In this document: piece by piece, positions 24,701-35,503 of the stretch | How positions within the stretch are numbered: the stretch's first letter is position 1 | Layout: every line of letters starts with the position of its first letter | Source of the DNA: Mobula birostris | Taxonomy: Eukaryota | Reading direction: 5' to 3' | Length of the DNA stretch: 64,000 bases | NCBI RefSeq assembly: GCF_030028105.1 | Contig: NC_092379.1 | Span: forward strand, 19,445,309-19,509,308 | Made by a program: the position numbers and the translations under genes | Notes under the pieces: model-generated | Database searches by the model: none | Told to the model about the DNA's origin: nothing | Seen by the model: only the letters and a program-made list of their open reading frames with translations

Positions 24701-26288
24701 CATGGGAATAAGTTCAAGACCACCCGGTAGAGGGGTGTTATGTAGCTCAAGTACCATCTTATGGTCAGTACCAGCATCTCCAGTGGCTTTCCTAGTCACA
24801 ATGGTAACCACAGTAGGTATGTGCTCAGTATCTTTTCCCAATACTCGGACTATCACTTTCTTTTCAGTACTGTGCATTTGCACTTTCTGGAAAACATCTC
24901 TCCAATCAGAATCCAACTTTCCTTCTAGGGTCATGTCAAATTCAGCGTAGACGAGTTGTCCACATTGGCTTATAATGTTCATACCTGCAATGCATGGGAC
25001 AGGTTGTTCAGTGTTAACAGAATCCCTGACTACTAGAAAGCCACAACTGGGAATCTTCATGCCCATTGCTTGAACCTCTAGCTCTAGATACCCAAAGTAA
25101 GGAATATCAAGACCGTTAGCAGCTGTTAACCTAAGCCAGCCAGCAGTGGACAACATATCCTCATCCTCTCCATTCAAGTATTCTCGAGAGAACTGCTCAG
25201 TCATGGTGCTCCCTTGACTACCTGTGCCTAACAGACAATGGGCAGAGACACCCGATATCTTAAGCTCAACAACAGGACATGTTCCTACGGTATGTTGCAA
25301 CACATGGTCACAGGATGGCTGTACATTATCTGAGTCTGTGCGGTTCCGGCGAATTGCCCGTCTCACAGCAACCTGAGGGGTGGAGGATTCAGGCTCTACA
25401 TCCTTTGCACTTTGCTTCTGTGGTCAACTATTTGCTACCTGTCCTCCCACCTGACACTTGAAACATATTGGTTGTCCATCCTTTGTGAACCTAGGCTATA
25501 CCTTAGGTCTAATGCTAGTAGAATGTGCAACACCTCTGGATCACCATCACAGTTCTATGTCCTGGCGTCAGTCCCGAAGTCCCAGCTCGGGCTCAAGGCT
25601 CTACCGCAGTCTTGGTGCAATAATATGCTCTCCCTCCGGCTGTCTTGTTCTTCACCACTACTGCATAATGTAGTGTATATTGTTCTGCATACAAAAATCA
25701 AAAACCCTCGAAACTGGCTTGGAATTACCCCACTCCTGGTACCAAATTTTGTAGCCTGGAGAAAAATGCACACGCAGGACAACAAATACTTTTTTGGGTC
25801 TTAAGTTCCTTTATCTGTTTTAGGTGTTCGGCTGCAGAAAGAGGGTACCAAAATAAAAACGACAAAATAAATTGAAACAGTTCCCACTATTACAAAGTCA
25901 GTTTAACTCCAGACCACACCCCTGTAACATATGCAGTACAAAAATAACTGAAACAAAATATATAGAACCAATACTGTAGTGGCAAATATATACAGTATAA
26001 AAAAACAAAACAATGTTAGAATCCTACCAGACCTGTACCCTATACACAACATCAAAAATATGAATAAATACATCTCATCTCAACTAAGAGATATACTTAC
26101 ATTTGGTGCACACGTCCTTAACTTCCAAACACAAACAGGCTAGACCTTGAAATGAGTTCTCCTCGCTCACGCTACGTGAACAGAGACTTACACATTCACA
26201 TTACTCTGTTACATTCATATTCGGTCATGAAACAATAAAGAAAGACAAATAAACTTTTACTGTATATTGCCTTGTAATTGAATTACTA
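21714..26288 (-). mobile_element. Ty3/Gypsy LTR retrotransposon, internally deleted and degenerate
   Basis: The 3' LTR (21714-22524) is homologous to the truncated 5' LTR (25750-26288). Gene order on the minus strand is gag-CCHC remnant, protease (LGTGSQGST for LDTG), RT (SAYTSPVLLV.KADGSLRLCVDYRRLN), RNase H start (TDASS) and integrase ([23 protein letters not shown]). Confidence 0.93.
25727..25744 (-). other. Primer-binding site, tRNA-Leu(UAA)
   Basis: The plus strand ACCCCACTCCTGGTACCA matches the 3' 18 nt of vertebrate tRNA-Leu(TAA)+CCA as I recall it. It lies 5 nt from the 5' LTR. Confidence 0.8.
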
Positions 26289-26329
26289 GAACCATAGAAC
26301 ATTAAAGGCCAGAAAACAGCCCTGCTGTG

Positions 26330-27050
26330 CTGGTCCGATACACGAGGAAGCCAACGAGTTTCACAGCCCTGCCTCTCCCCTTACCCTGCAATGTGTTGTC
26401 CCGTTGGCCGCTGATCTCCCCTCCGGTGAGGCCCAGCCTCAGGCTCCTCCACTCACGGACTGCGGACTACCGGACACGAAAGCTGGGCGCTGGCGCCTCC
26501 TTTCTCCCGCCGCTCGCGGTTGCGCTGTCGGAGGGATGCGCGCGCTCGACGCCTCGTCACGTGCGCTCACCCGTCAACCAATCGGAGCCTCATTTTCTCG
26601 CGCTCTCCTCCCGCGGACCGGAGCCTTTTCCGCGCGCGCGCGCTCGTCCCTCGCCAGTCGCGCGGGCACCGGGAGACTGATCAGCGCTCAAAGCCTCTGA
26701 CAAGTGCGAGTCGGAGGAGGCCGTATGTCACCTTCTGTCCGTCCCTCCAGTCAGAGCTTTTACCGTATCTCGTGTCCACAACCCCACTCTCTCCCCGAAT
26801 CACCTCCTGCCGGCTGCCCCGACCTCCGGTGAGAACCTCGACCAGCCCACACTCGGGCGCCGACCATTGAGAATCAAATTCGCTGCTCGAACAGCTCCCG
26901 ACCCCCCTCTCATCACGTGACGGCCGATCCTCCAATCACAGCTTGTCATTCTTCCCGCCCGCGCTTCGGCTGTTGGGTTTTGAACGCAAAATCCCGCCCC
27001 AGGTCATAGAAAAGATCGGTCGGTGTTTGGTTGGTGCTGCAGGGTCTGCG
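26330..27050 (-). promoter_or_regulatory. CpG-island promoter with probable first exon(s) on the minus strand
   Basis: Very high CpG density in an otherwise CpG-poor window. CACGTG at 26558 and 26914, CCAAT at 26578 and 26932, GC boxes at 26954 and 26993. Minus-strand donor GCAGG|GTAAGG with the intron starting at 26384. Confidence 0.7.
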
Positions 27051-28364
27051 CTGACAGGACAGGCAGTGTCAGTAGTTCTGATATCCACAGATTTTCCAGT
27101 TGATTTACCGAAACAAATGCAATAATTCCTCAATGTAGTTGAAAAAAATGTAATGGGTAGCTGTAAATACCCCCCAGGCCATTCCTCAGAGAATTTACAT
27201 CCACTTCTGCGATACCAGAGACAAGAGGCGCATGTGGCAAGAAACTCAGAGGATTACAGACCACAAGGCTACCCTGTGCGTCAGAGACCAGGATGCTTCA
27301 CTCGCTGAGAGGCTGAGTGTCTCCTACGCCTGGTTTGATGGGTAGAACAAAGTTCTGACGAGGAAGGCACCCGTCCTCCCTCGGGAGCAGACGCTGCGTC
27401 TGGCTGAAGCTGAGATGCGGAAAACCGTGACCAGAGTCAACCCACGCAAAGCTGCGGGGCCCGATAGTATACCAGGTCGGGTTCTGAAAGACTGAGCAGC
27501 CCAGCTAACAGTGTTACTGACGGATATATTCAACATCTCTCTGGAACAGCCAATTGTTCCCTCGACCTTTAAGGCGACAACAATCATTCTAGTGTCAATG
27601 AAGGCAACAATAACCTGCCTGAATGATTATTGTCCGATGGCATTAACGTCAACCATCATGAAATGCTTTGAGCAGCTGGTCATGGAGCAGATTAAAGCCT
27701 TTCTCCCAGCTACATTGGACCCTTTCCAGTTTGCTAAATGCTCAATCGATCCACTGATGATGCAATAGCCTGTGTTGTCCACTCTCTCCTGTCCCACCTG
27801 GAAAATGGGATATCATCTGTCAGACTTCTGTTCATAGACTTCAGTTCGGCATTCAATACCATCATACACCAGAAACTGGTGGGGAAACTGTTCTCGCTGG
27901 GTTTCCACAACCCAGGGGCGGCACTAAGGTAGTGCTAGCTGGGGCTATAGCCCCAGCAGAAATTGCATATAGCATCACCATAGCACCACCAAGAAATTAA
28001 CTGCAGCTGCTTTGCTTTCTCTATAGTTTTGAATATAGCTTGTTTCTCCAGTTGATCTAGTGAAACAGCACCCCCAATTACCACAGCACCCACGCAGCAA
28101 TAAAGTTATAAACTGTCAGATTCACTCTACACTTCTGCTTATTTGTTTGTTGTCAATGTCTCGCCGTTGCTGTCCTCAGATCTGTTAAGCTGCTCTAAGA
28201 TCACTTAAGGTGGTAATGTCACTCACTCTCACGCGAGAGATTGGTAGTATACATCCAGGCGCAGATCCGTGGTCTCGCGAGACTAACGGATGCCACACAC
28301 ACACATTGTGCTTTTACAAGCGAGCGTGGGCCTGACACGTGCATTATTTTGGCCGGTGTGAAAA

Positions 28365-30782
28365 ATGGATCGATTTTTAGTCAGAAAACGACCTTATCCA
28401 GAGGAATCAGTGGTGTCTCAGAAAACGACCTTATCCAGAGGAATCAGTGGTGTCTCAGCCTGAGCATGTCTTAATTGAAAGTGACATGCAGAAAGAAATA
28501 AGTGGGGATGAGGGCAACAGCATTTCATCAAAGGAGTGTGAGGGTGAAGTAGAGGAACAAGAAATGGAGTGGGATTCGCAAGAGAACATGGATGAAGCTG
28601 CTCTTAGTGCGAGTGGGAATACTGTTAGCGATGTTAGCCAGCAGCCTGAGGAAGGACCCCTTTGGCCAGCATTGAAAAAGTACCCTTCGCAACAGTTTGG
28701 CAATCAGCAAAGGAGTTTTATTCGTGGCTGGTTTGACCTGTACTCCTGCCTGGAATATTCAATCAAAAGATGCTACATTCTGCTTCGCATGCAGGCATTT
28801 CCTCTGTGGAGGACATGGTTTCCATTCTGAGTCTACCTTCACTGTCACTGGTTACCGCAACTGGCGGAAAGCTACAACAGCTTTCAAAATCCACCATGTA
28901 AGTGTTGCTCATAAGTTTGCTATGGAGGCATGGGCCGAATTCAGATTGAGAAAATAAGACGGGTCAAGATTGGGAAATATGCTTGATAAAGGACTTGCAA
29001 AGATTGTCCAAGAAAATCGTGAGTATATGAGAGCAGTGGTTGAGTCTCTACGCTATACTGCGTGCCAAGGCATTGCCCAGTGAGGACACCGGGAGAATGA
29101 TGGATCTGGCAATAGGGGAAACTTTGTTGAGTTGCTCAGTGTAATTGGGAAGTTTGATAAGACTGTAGCTAAAAAAATAGAGGACAATCCTGGAAATGCA
29201 AAAAACACCCATCACGATATCCAAAATGAAATTATGGGTATTATGGCAGATACGGTCAGACGTCAAATAAGTGCAGAAATCAAGGAGGCTGGGCATTTTA
29301 CCATATGGTGGATGAAAGTAAAGACTTGAGTAAAAAGGAGCAAATATCAGTGCTGGTGCGGTATTTGAATAAGGAAACAATGCTTGAAGAATTCTTGCAC
29401 TTCACTCCAGCAGAAGGGTTGGACGCAGAGTCGCTTCTTAAAAGCATTGACCAGACACTTGCCCAGTGTGTTATTGATAAGAACGCGCGTATAGGTCAGT
29501 GTTATGACGGGGCGGCAGTGATGTCCGGGTGCAATAACGGGGTACAAGAGAGATTCAGGAAAGAGGTCCCACAGGCATTATATATACACTGCCATGCTCA
29601 CAGACTTAACCTTGTTTTAGTGGATGTTGTGAGCAATGTACAACAAGCAGGAAGGGTGAGTTTTTTGAAACTGTGCAGCTGCTTTACAACTTCTTTTCAA
29701 ACTCTGTTGCCCACGATCTTTTCATGAAGAAACACAGAGAACTGGAATCAACTGCACAGCCCATGGAGTTGAAGAAATTGTCAGATACACACAGGGCATG
29801 GCAGTATACAGCTTTGTGGGCTATAAGGAAATCACTGCCTGCCATTCTAGCTACACTACAGGATATTATGGGTCAACCAAATGCACGGAGGAAAACGGAG
29901 GCCAGAGCTGTAAATGGACTGATTGACGAGCAGTTTGCTTTACTTCTTGCTCTGTTTGAGGATTTATTCCGAGTCACCAAGTTCATGTCAGGCCAGCTAC
30001 AATCTCCCAGTTTGGAGCTTTCATCCGCTGTGGACTTGGCTCAGTCTGTTATCGATGCACTCACAGCAAAATGGGGAGAGGAATCATGGAGTGAAGTTCA
30101 GACAAGAGCTAGGGACCTGTGTGTCAAGGCAGGTATACAGAGCAGACCACATGAAAGGAGACAGGCCCAGCCACCCCGCCGCCTACATGATTTTGTTGTT
30201 GAGGCCCAAACTAAATGCACACCTGTCACATCCTCTGATGACCTTCGCAACCACTGTTTCTATCGGGTTATAGACAGACTTCTGACTGAAATGAAAAGAC
30301 GGTTCTCAGTTGAGACTGGGAGTGTTCTCACTGGAGTTTCAGCATTGAGTCCCAAACACGAGTTCTTCCTTGACAAGAATTGTCTTTGGCCAATGGCCCA
30401 ATACTGTGGAGTAACTGAAGTGAACCTGACTGCAGAGCTACATCAGGTTTGGTGTCTGCTGGAAGCAAAACAAAAGTAAGGACAGACGGTGAATGACACA
30501 GTGGAATTTCTAGCTCTAATTAGACCCTACTGCGATGCATTTATAGATTTATACAAACTAATCTGCATATCACTGACTCTGCCTGTTACATCTGCCTCAC
30601 ATGAACGGAGTTTCTCTTGCCTCAGACGCCTCAAAAACTACTTAAGGAATAGAAGCGGCGATGCTCGGAACAGCAACTTGGCCCTATTGGCCATAAACAG
30701 CCTGAGGACCAAAGCACTTGACATCCAGAAAATCATTGATGCTTTTGCCACCAATCACAACGGACGGATTATGCTTCTCTGA
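28365..30782 (+). pseudogene. hAT transposase (TTF-type zinc finger, DUF4371-like core, hATC dimerisation), frameshifted
   Basis: MDRFLVRKRP start; WLEYS...FCFACRHF; VDESKDLSKKEQISVLVRY; GQCYDGAAVMSG; YIHCHAHRLNLVLVD; TLPVTSASHERSFSCLRRLKNYLR. Several stops and frameshifts. Confidence 0.9.
28381..28454. repeat. Perfect 37-bp tandem duplication frameshifting the transposase
   Basis: TCAGAAAACGACCTTATCCAGAGGAATCAGTGGTGTC x2 (28381-28417, 28418-28454). Confidence 0.95.
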
Positions 30783-32579
30783 AAACATTAATGGTGAGTG
30801 CAGTTGATTTTTAAAAAATTTGGGCCAAGACTAATGCTGATTATTATTATTATTTTGTGGTGGATACCCCAAAGTCCTTATGTTTCCTGCAAATCCTAAA
30901 ATATTACATTTACTGCTATTAAGCCTACTGGTTTTGCTTAAACTTCCAAGCGGTGATTCTGTTGATTTTTGTTTTAAATTCAGTAGCCAAATTAATTGAG
31001 GTATTGCATGGTCAGAGTACGATTTGTCCAACTCCTGATAAAGCCTTGCATCTGTTGTTTGCCTTATTTGACTTTAATAATGATGTATCTTTTGACATTG
31101 CTGTCTATGTAATGCAAATAGCAGTGGGTTCGTTTTGTGTTTTTCAGTTGAAAAGCATGCATTTGACGCCGATTGCGGGATTGGTGCGTGATTCACGTTG
31201 TCCACTGTTGCTCGGATGCTCTGCTTTTTTTTTGTTTATGCTCCATATAGCCCAGGTTGTCTCTGATGCTGTTGACACTGTAACAGTTCACTTCTATATT
31301 AGATCTATCAATTGCTGTTGCTTGTGAATCAACAGAGGCATTTATAGTAGGCACATAATGCTTGAAACTGACTTTTTAATGCCATACGTCTGGCCTTGCG
31401 AATACATATTACCATACAGTGCATCCCTCAGCACCATCACTGAATAATTCAGCCCCTCCGTAGCATCAGCAAGAAAAAATCTCTGGCGCTGCCACTGCCA
31501 CAGTCCCTCAGCAAGTGGAAACTGGGCTTCTTAACAGTAAGGCCACAGTCAGTCCGTGTGGGCAGCAACATCTCTAGTTCCATTGTGCTGAGCACTGGCA
31601 CTTCCCAAGGATGTGTGTTCATCCCACCGCTGGCGCAGGATCCAGCTCACCTGGGTCATCAAGTTTATGGATGATACAACAGTGGTTGGCCTCATCAAGA
31701 ACGATGACAAGACCGAATATAGAGAGGAAGTGGAGCGGCTGGTGGATTGGTGTGAGAAGAACAACCTAAGCCTGAACGTGGAGAAGACATTGTGGACTTC
31801 AGGAAGGTGCAGACAAACCATCCCCCTCCCGAATACATGGCTGCTCCGTAGAGAGTGTTATGTGCACCAAGTTCCTGGAAGTTGACATCATGGATGACCT
31901 CACCTGGTCCCTTAATATCACTTCCCTGAGCAAGAATGCATAGCAGTGTCTCCAATTCCTAAGCAGATTGAAGCAACCAGGCTCCTCCACGTCTTAACTG
32001 ATCTACAGGCGTACCATCGAGAGCGTCCTGACAAATTGCACCTGATATGGGAGTAGTCGAGCATCGGACAGGAATTCCCTACAAAAGACTCTGTGACAAA
32101 GGCTGAGAGGATCAAAGGGGTCTCCCGACCATCCATCGGGGGAATTTATCAGGATCTCTGCATACGCAGAGCCCTAAGTATTATTAATGATCCCACTCAT
32201 CCATCCAGTATATTCCTTGACCTTCTACCATCAGGCAGGAGACGACGATGCATAAAAACAAGAACGGTCAGGATTTGTAAGAGCTTTCTCCCCCAGGCCA
32301 TTCAGCTTCTGAGCTCCCTGTCGCATTGAATTCGAAGTGTCACTAGTTAATCTGTTCCAGTACAATATTTAATATTAATGCAATTTAGTTTGTTATTTAT
32401 GTGTGATTCATCTGTAGATTTGATCCTTACCTTCATAAATCATCGCGTGTTATGTGCACTACTGTGATTTACACCCTGGTTCAGAGAAACGTTGTCCCAT
32501 TTCAATATACATTATATGGTTATATACGATATATACATGTATATAGTTAAATGACAATAAACTTGATGCGACTTGATGA

Positions 32580-32830
32580 AGTGAAGTTGAGTCGCTGGAA
32601 TGTGAGAACCCATGGAATCTCCAACAGCGAAAGATATGGGTGTCCCAATGTTGTTTTAGTCTCGAACACAGACATTGATGTTGCCACCCTAGTGAGGGGT
32701 TCAGGAGAAAGTCAGCTGAAGGAACAAGGTAACAGGTACACATTATGGAAGGGACATCTGGAAGGAAAACCTCTTCTACCTGGGTTTGGATTAGCTGTGA
32801 AAAATGAGATGTCTGTCCCAGTGGTGTCAA
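32580..32830 (+). mobile_element. RTE-clade AP-endonuclease N-terminal fragment
   Basis: LSRWNVRT...IDVATL...GESQLKEQGNRYTLWKG...GFGLAVKN. Confidence 0.7.
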
Positions 32831-33300
32831 TCATGTTGAAAGGCAGCGAATACAGAAACAACAGCATCTCGGGAACTCCAAGGAACTGCAAAGTGATACT
32901 GACTCAACAGAGACCTCTAGTGGCTTAAGTGATGATGGCAGTAATGAGGTAATTGGCCTGGCAGCCATGTCAGGACTTGCCCCAATAAAAACGAAGAGAG
33001 TGAAAGCACACAAGACTGATTGATGGTGAGTATGAAAGGAAACAGGAGGTCTGTCATTAACCAGCAGATCCAGAAAAAACTGATGAATGATCCAGGGAAC
33101 TTCTTGGGCTAAACTTCAATAAATTAAGAGTATATACAAATTGTATCCATATGTGGGCATTTAAATTTTAGTTACTATGCTAACAACTTAGCAAATAAAC
33201 AATTTGACATCATTTAGGAGAGGATAAGCAGAATTTACCAGCCAGTTGGGAAACAATTAAGGCGTGGTTGGAGGGACAAACCCCAAACCAGCTTGACTGG

Positions 33301-35503
33301 AAGACCATGAGACCATAAGACAAAGGAGCAGAAGTCGGCCATTCGGCCCATCAACTCTGCTCCGCCATTCTATCATGAGCTGATCCAATCGCCCATTTAG
33401 TCCCACTCCCCTGCCTTCTCATCATAACCTTTGATGCCCTGGCTACTCAGATACCTATCAATCTCTGCCTTAAATACACCCAATGACTTGACCTCCAGTG
33501 CCACCCGTGGCAACAAATTCCACAGATACACCACCCTTTGGCTGAAAAAATTTCTTCACTTCTCTGTTCTGAATGGGCGCCCTTCAATCTTTAAGTCATG
33601 CCCTCTCGTACTAGACTCCCCCACCATGGGAAACAACTTTGCCACATCCACTCTGTCCATGCCTTTTAACATTGGAAATGTTTCTATGAAGTCCCCCCTC
33701 ATTCTTCTAAACTCCAAGGAGTACAGTCCAAGAGTGATCAAACGTTCCTCGTTTGTTGACCCTCTCATTCCCGGAATCATTCTAGTGAATATTCTCTGAA
33801 CCCTCTCCTCAGCACATCCTTTCTTAAATATGGAGCCCAAAACTGCCCACAGTACTCCAAGTGAGGTCTTACCAGTGCCTTATAGAGCCTCAACATCACA
33901 TCCCTGCTCCTATACTCTGTTCCTCTAGAAATGAATGCCAACATTGCATTCGCCTTCTTCACCACCGACTCAACCTGGAGGTTAACCTTAAGGGTATCCT
34001 GCATGAGTACTCCCAAGGCCCATTGCATCTCAGAACTTTGAATTCTCTCCCCATTTATGCCAAAGTGCATAACCATACACTTTCCAACATTATATTTCAT
34101 TTGCTACTTCTTTGCCCATTCTCCCAATCTATCAAAGTCTCTCTGCAGACTCTATGTTTCCTCAGCACTACCGGCCCCTCCACCTGTCTTTGTATCATCA
34201 GCAAACTTAGCCACAAAGCCATCTATTCCATAATCCAAACCGTAAGAAGCGGCCCCAACCATGGAAACCATGCTGAGTATGGCCTATTTTGTCATGTGAC
34301 CCCAAGTACCCTGAGATCTCATCTGCGATAATCAAATCCAACATCTTCCCGACCACTGAGGTCAAACTAACTGGCCTATAATTTCCATTCTTCTGCCTCT
34401 CTCCCTTCTTGAATAGTGCAGTGACATATGCGACATATGCAATTTTTCAGTCTTCCATTCCAGACTCTCGTGATTCTTGAAAGGTCATTGCTAATGCCAC
34501 TACAAACTCTTCAGCCACCTTTTTCTGAAACCTGGGGTGTACACCATCTGGTCCTGGTGACTTATCTACCTTCAGACCTTTCAGTTTCTCAAGCATCTTC
34601 TCTCTAGTATTGATAGCTTCAAACACTTCATGACCCCGGATTCATGGAACTGCTAGTGTCTTCATCAGTGAAGATTGACGCAAAGTATTTGTTCAGTTCA
34701 TCTGCTATTTCCTTATCTCCATTACTACCTTGCCAGCATCTTTTTCCAGCGGTTCAATATACACTCTTGCCTCTCTTTTACATTTTATGTATCTGATGAA
34801 ACTTTTTATATCCTCTTTAATATTATTGGCTAGCTTACTTTTGTATTCATCTTAACCATCTTTCTGACATGTCTAGTTGCCCTCTATTGATTTGTAAAAC
34901 CTTCCCAATCCTCGAACTTCTCACCAATTTTTGCTCAATTATATGCTCTCTCTTTGGCTTTTATTTTGGCTTTGACTTCACTTGTTCGCCATGGTTGCAT
35001 CATCTTGCCTTTAGAATACTTCTTCCTCTTCGGGATGTATATATCCTGTGCCTTCTGAATTGCTCCCAGAAATTCCAGCTGTTGCTGCTCTGTCGTAATC
35101 CCTACCAGTGTTCTTTTCCAATCAATTCTGGCAATCAACTCCTCTATCATGCCACTGTAATTTCCTTTACTCCACTGTAATACTGATACATCTGACTTTA
35201 CCTTCTCCTTCTCAAATTTCAGGTTGAATTTGATCATATTATGATCGTTTTCCCTAAAGGGTTCTTCTATCTTCAGCTCTCTGATCAATCCAGTTCATTG
35301 CACAACAGCCAGCCTGCCCTCAATGATATTGGACCTCCTCGGGTTCAGGTGTAACCTGTCCCTTTTGTAGAGGTCATACCTTCACCAGAAGAGATCCCAA
35401 TGACCCATAAATCTGAACCCTTGCCCCCTGCATCAGTTCAGGACCTCCACAGAACCTCCTCACCTTGTCTACCCATGTCATTGATGCCAATATGTACCAA
35501 GAT
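33301..35503 (-). mobile_element. CR1 LINE: 3' end, ORF2 pieces and ORF1 piece with internal deletions
   Basis: Tail AGACCATGAGACCATAAGAC on the plus strand; MKYNVGKCMVMHFG...PHLEYCGQFWAPY; DHNMIKFNLKFE. It ends at the Gypsy insertion site. Confidence 0.88.

Larger units (their letters stand above)
27913..31497 (+). mobile_element. hAT-superfamily DNA transposon (ZMYM1-like transposase)
   Basis: Imperfect TIRs CAGGGGCGGC / CAGTGGCAGC (reverse complement, 8/10) and a degenerate 8-bp TSD CCACAACC / CCACAGTC. The host LINE resumes on both sides. Confidence 0.88.
27170..32577 (+). mobile_element. Rex1/Babar-type LINE (5'-truncated ORF2 plus 3' UTR), split by the hAT transposon
   Basis: [38 protein letters not shown] and KFMDDTTVVGLI...WCEKNNLSLNVEKT. 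The 3' end is AAATGACAATAAACTTGATGCGACTTGA. Confidence 0.9.

Noticed and set aside
26327-26935. Several 84-117 aa ORFs over the CpG island
   Set aside because: They start at non-ATG codons, are Arg/Ala/Pro/Ser-rich as expected from high GC, and contain no recognisable domain.
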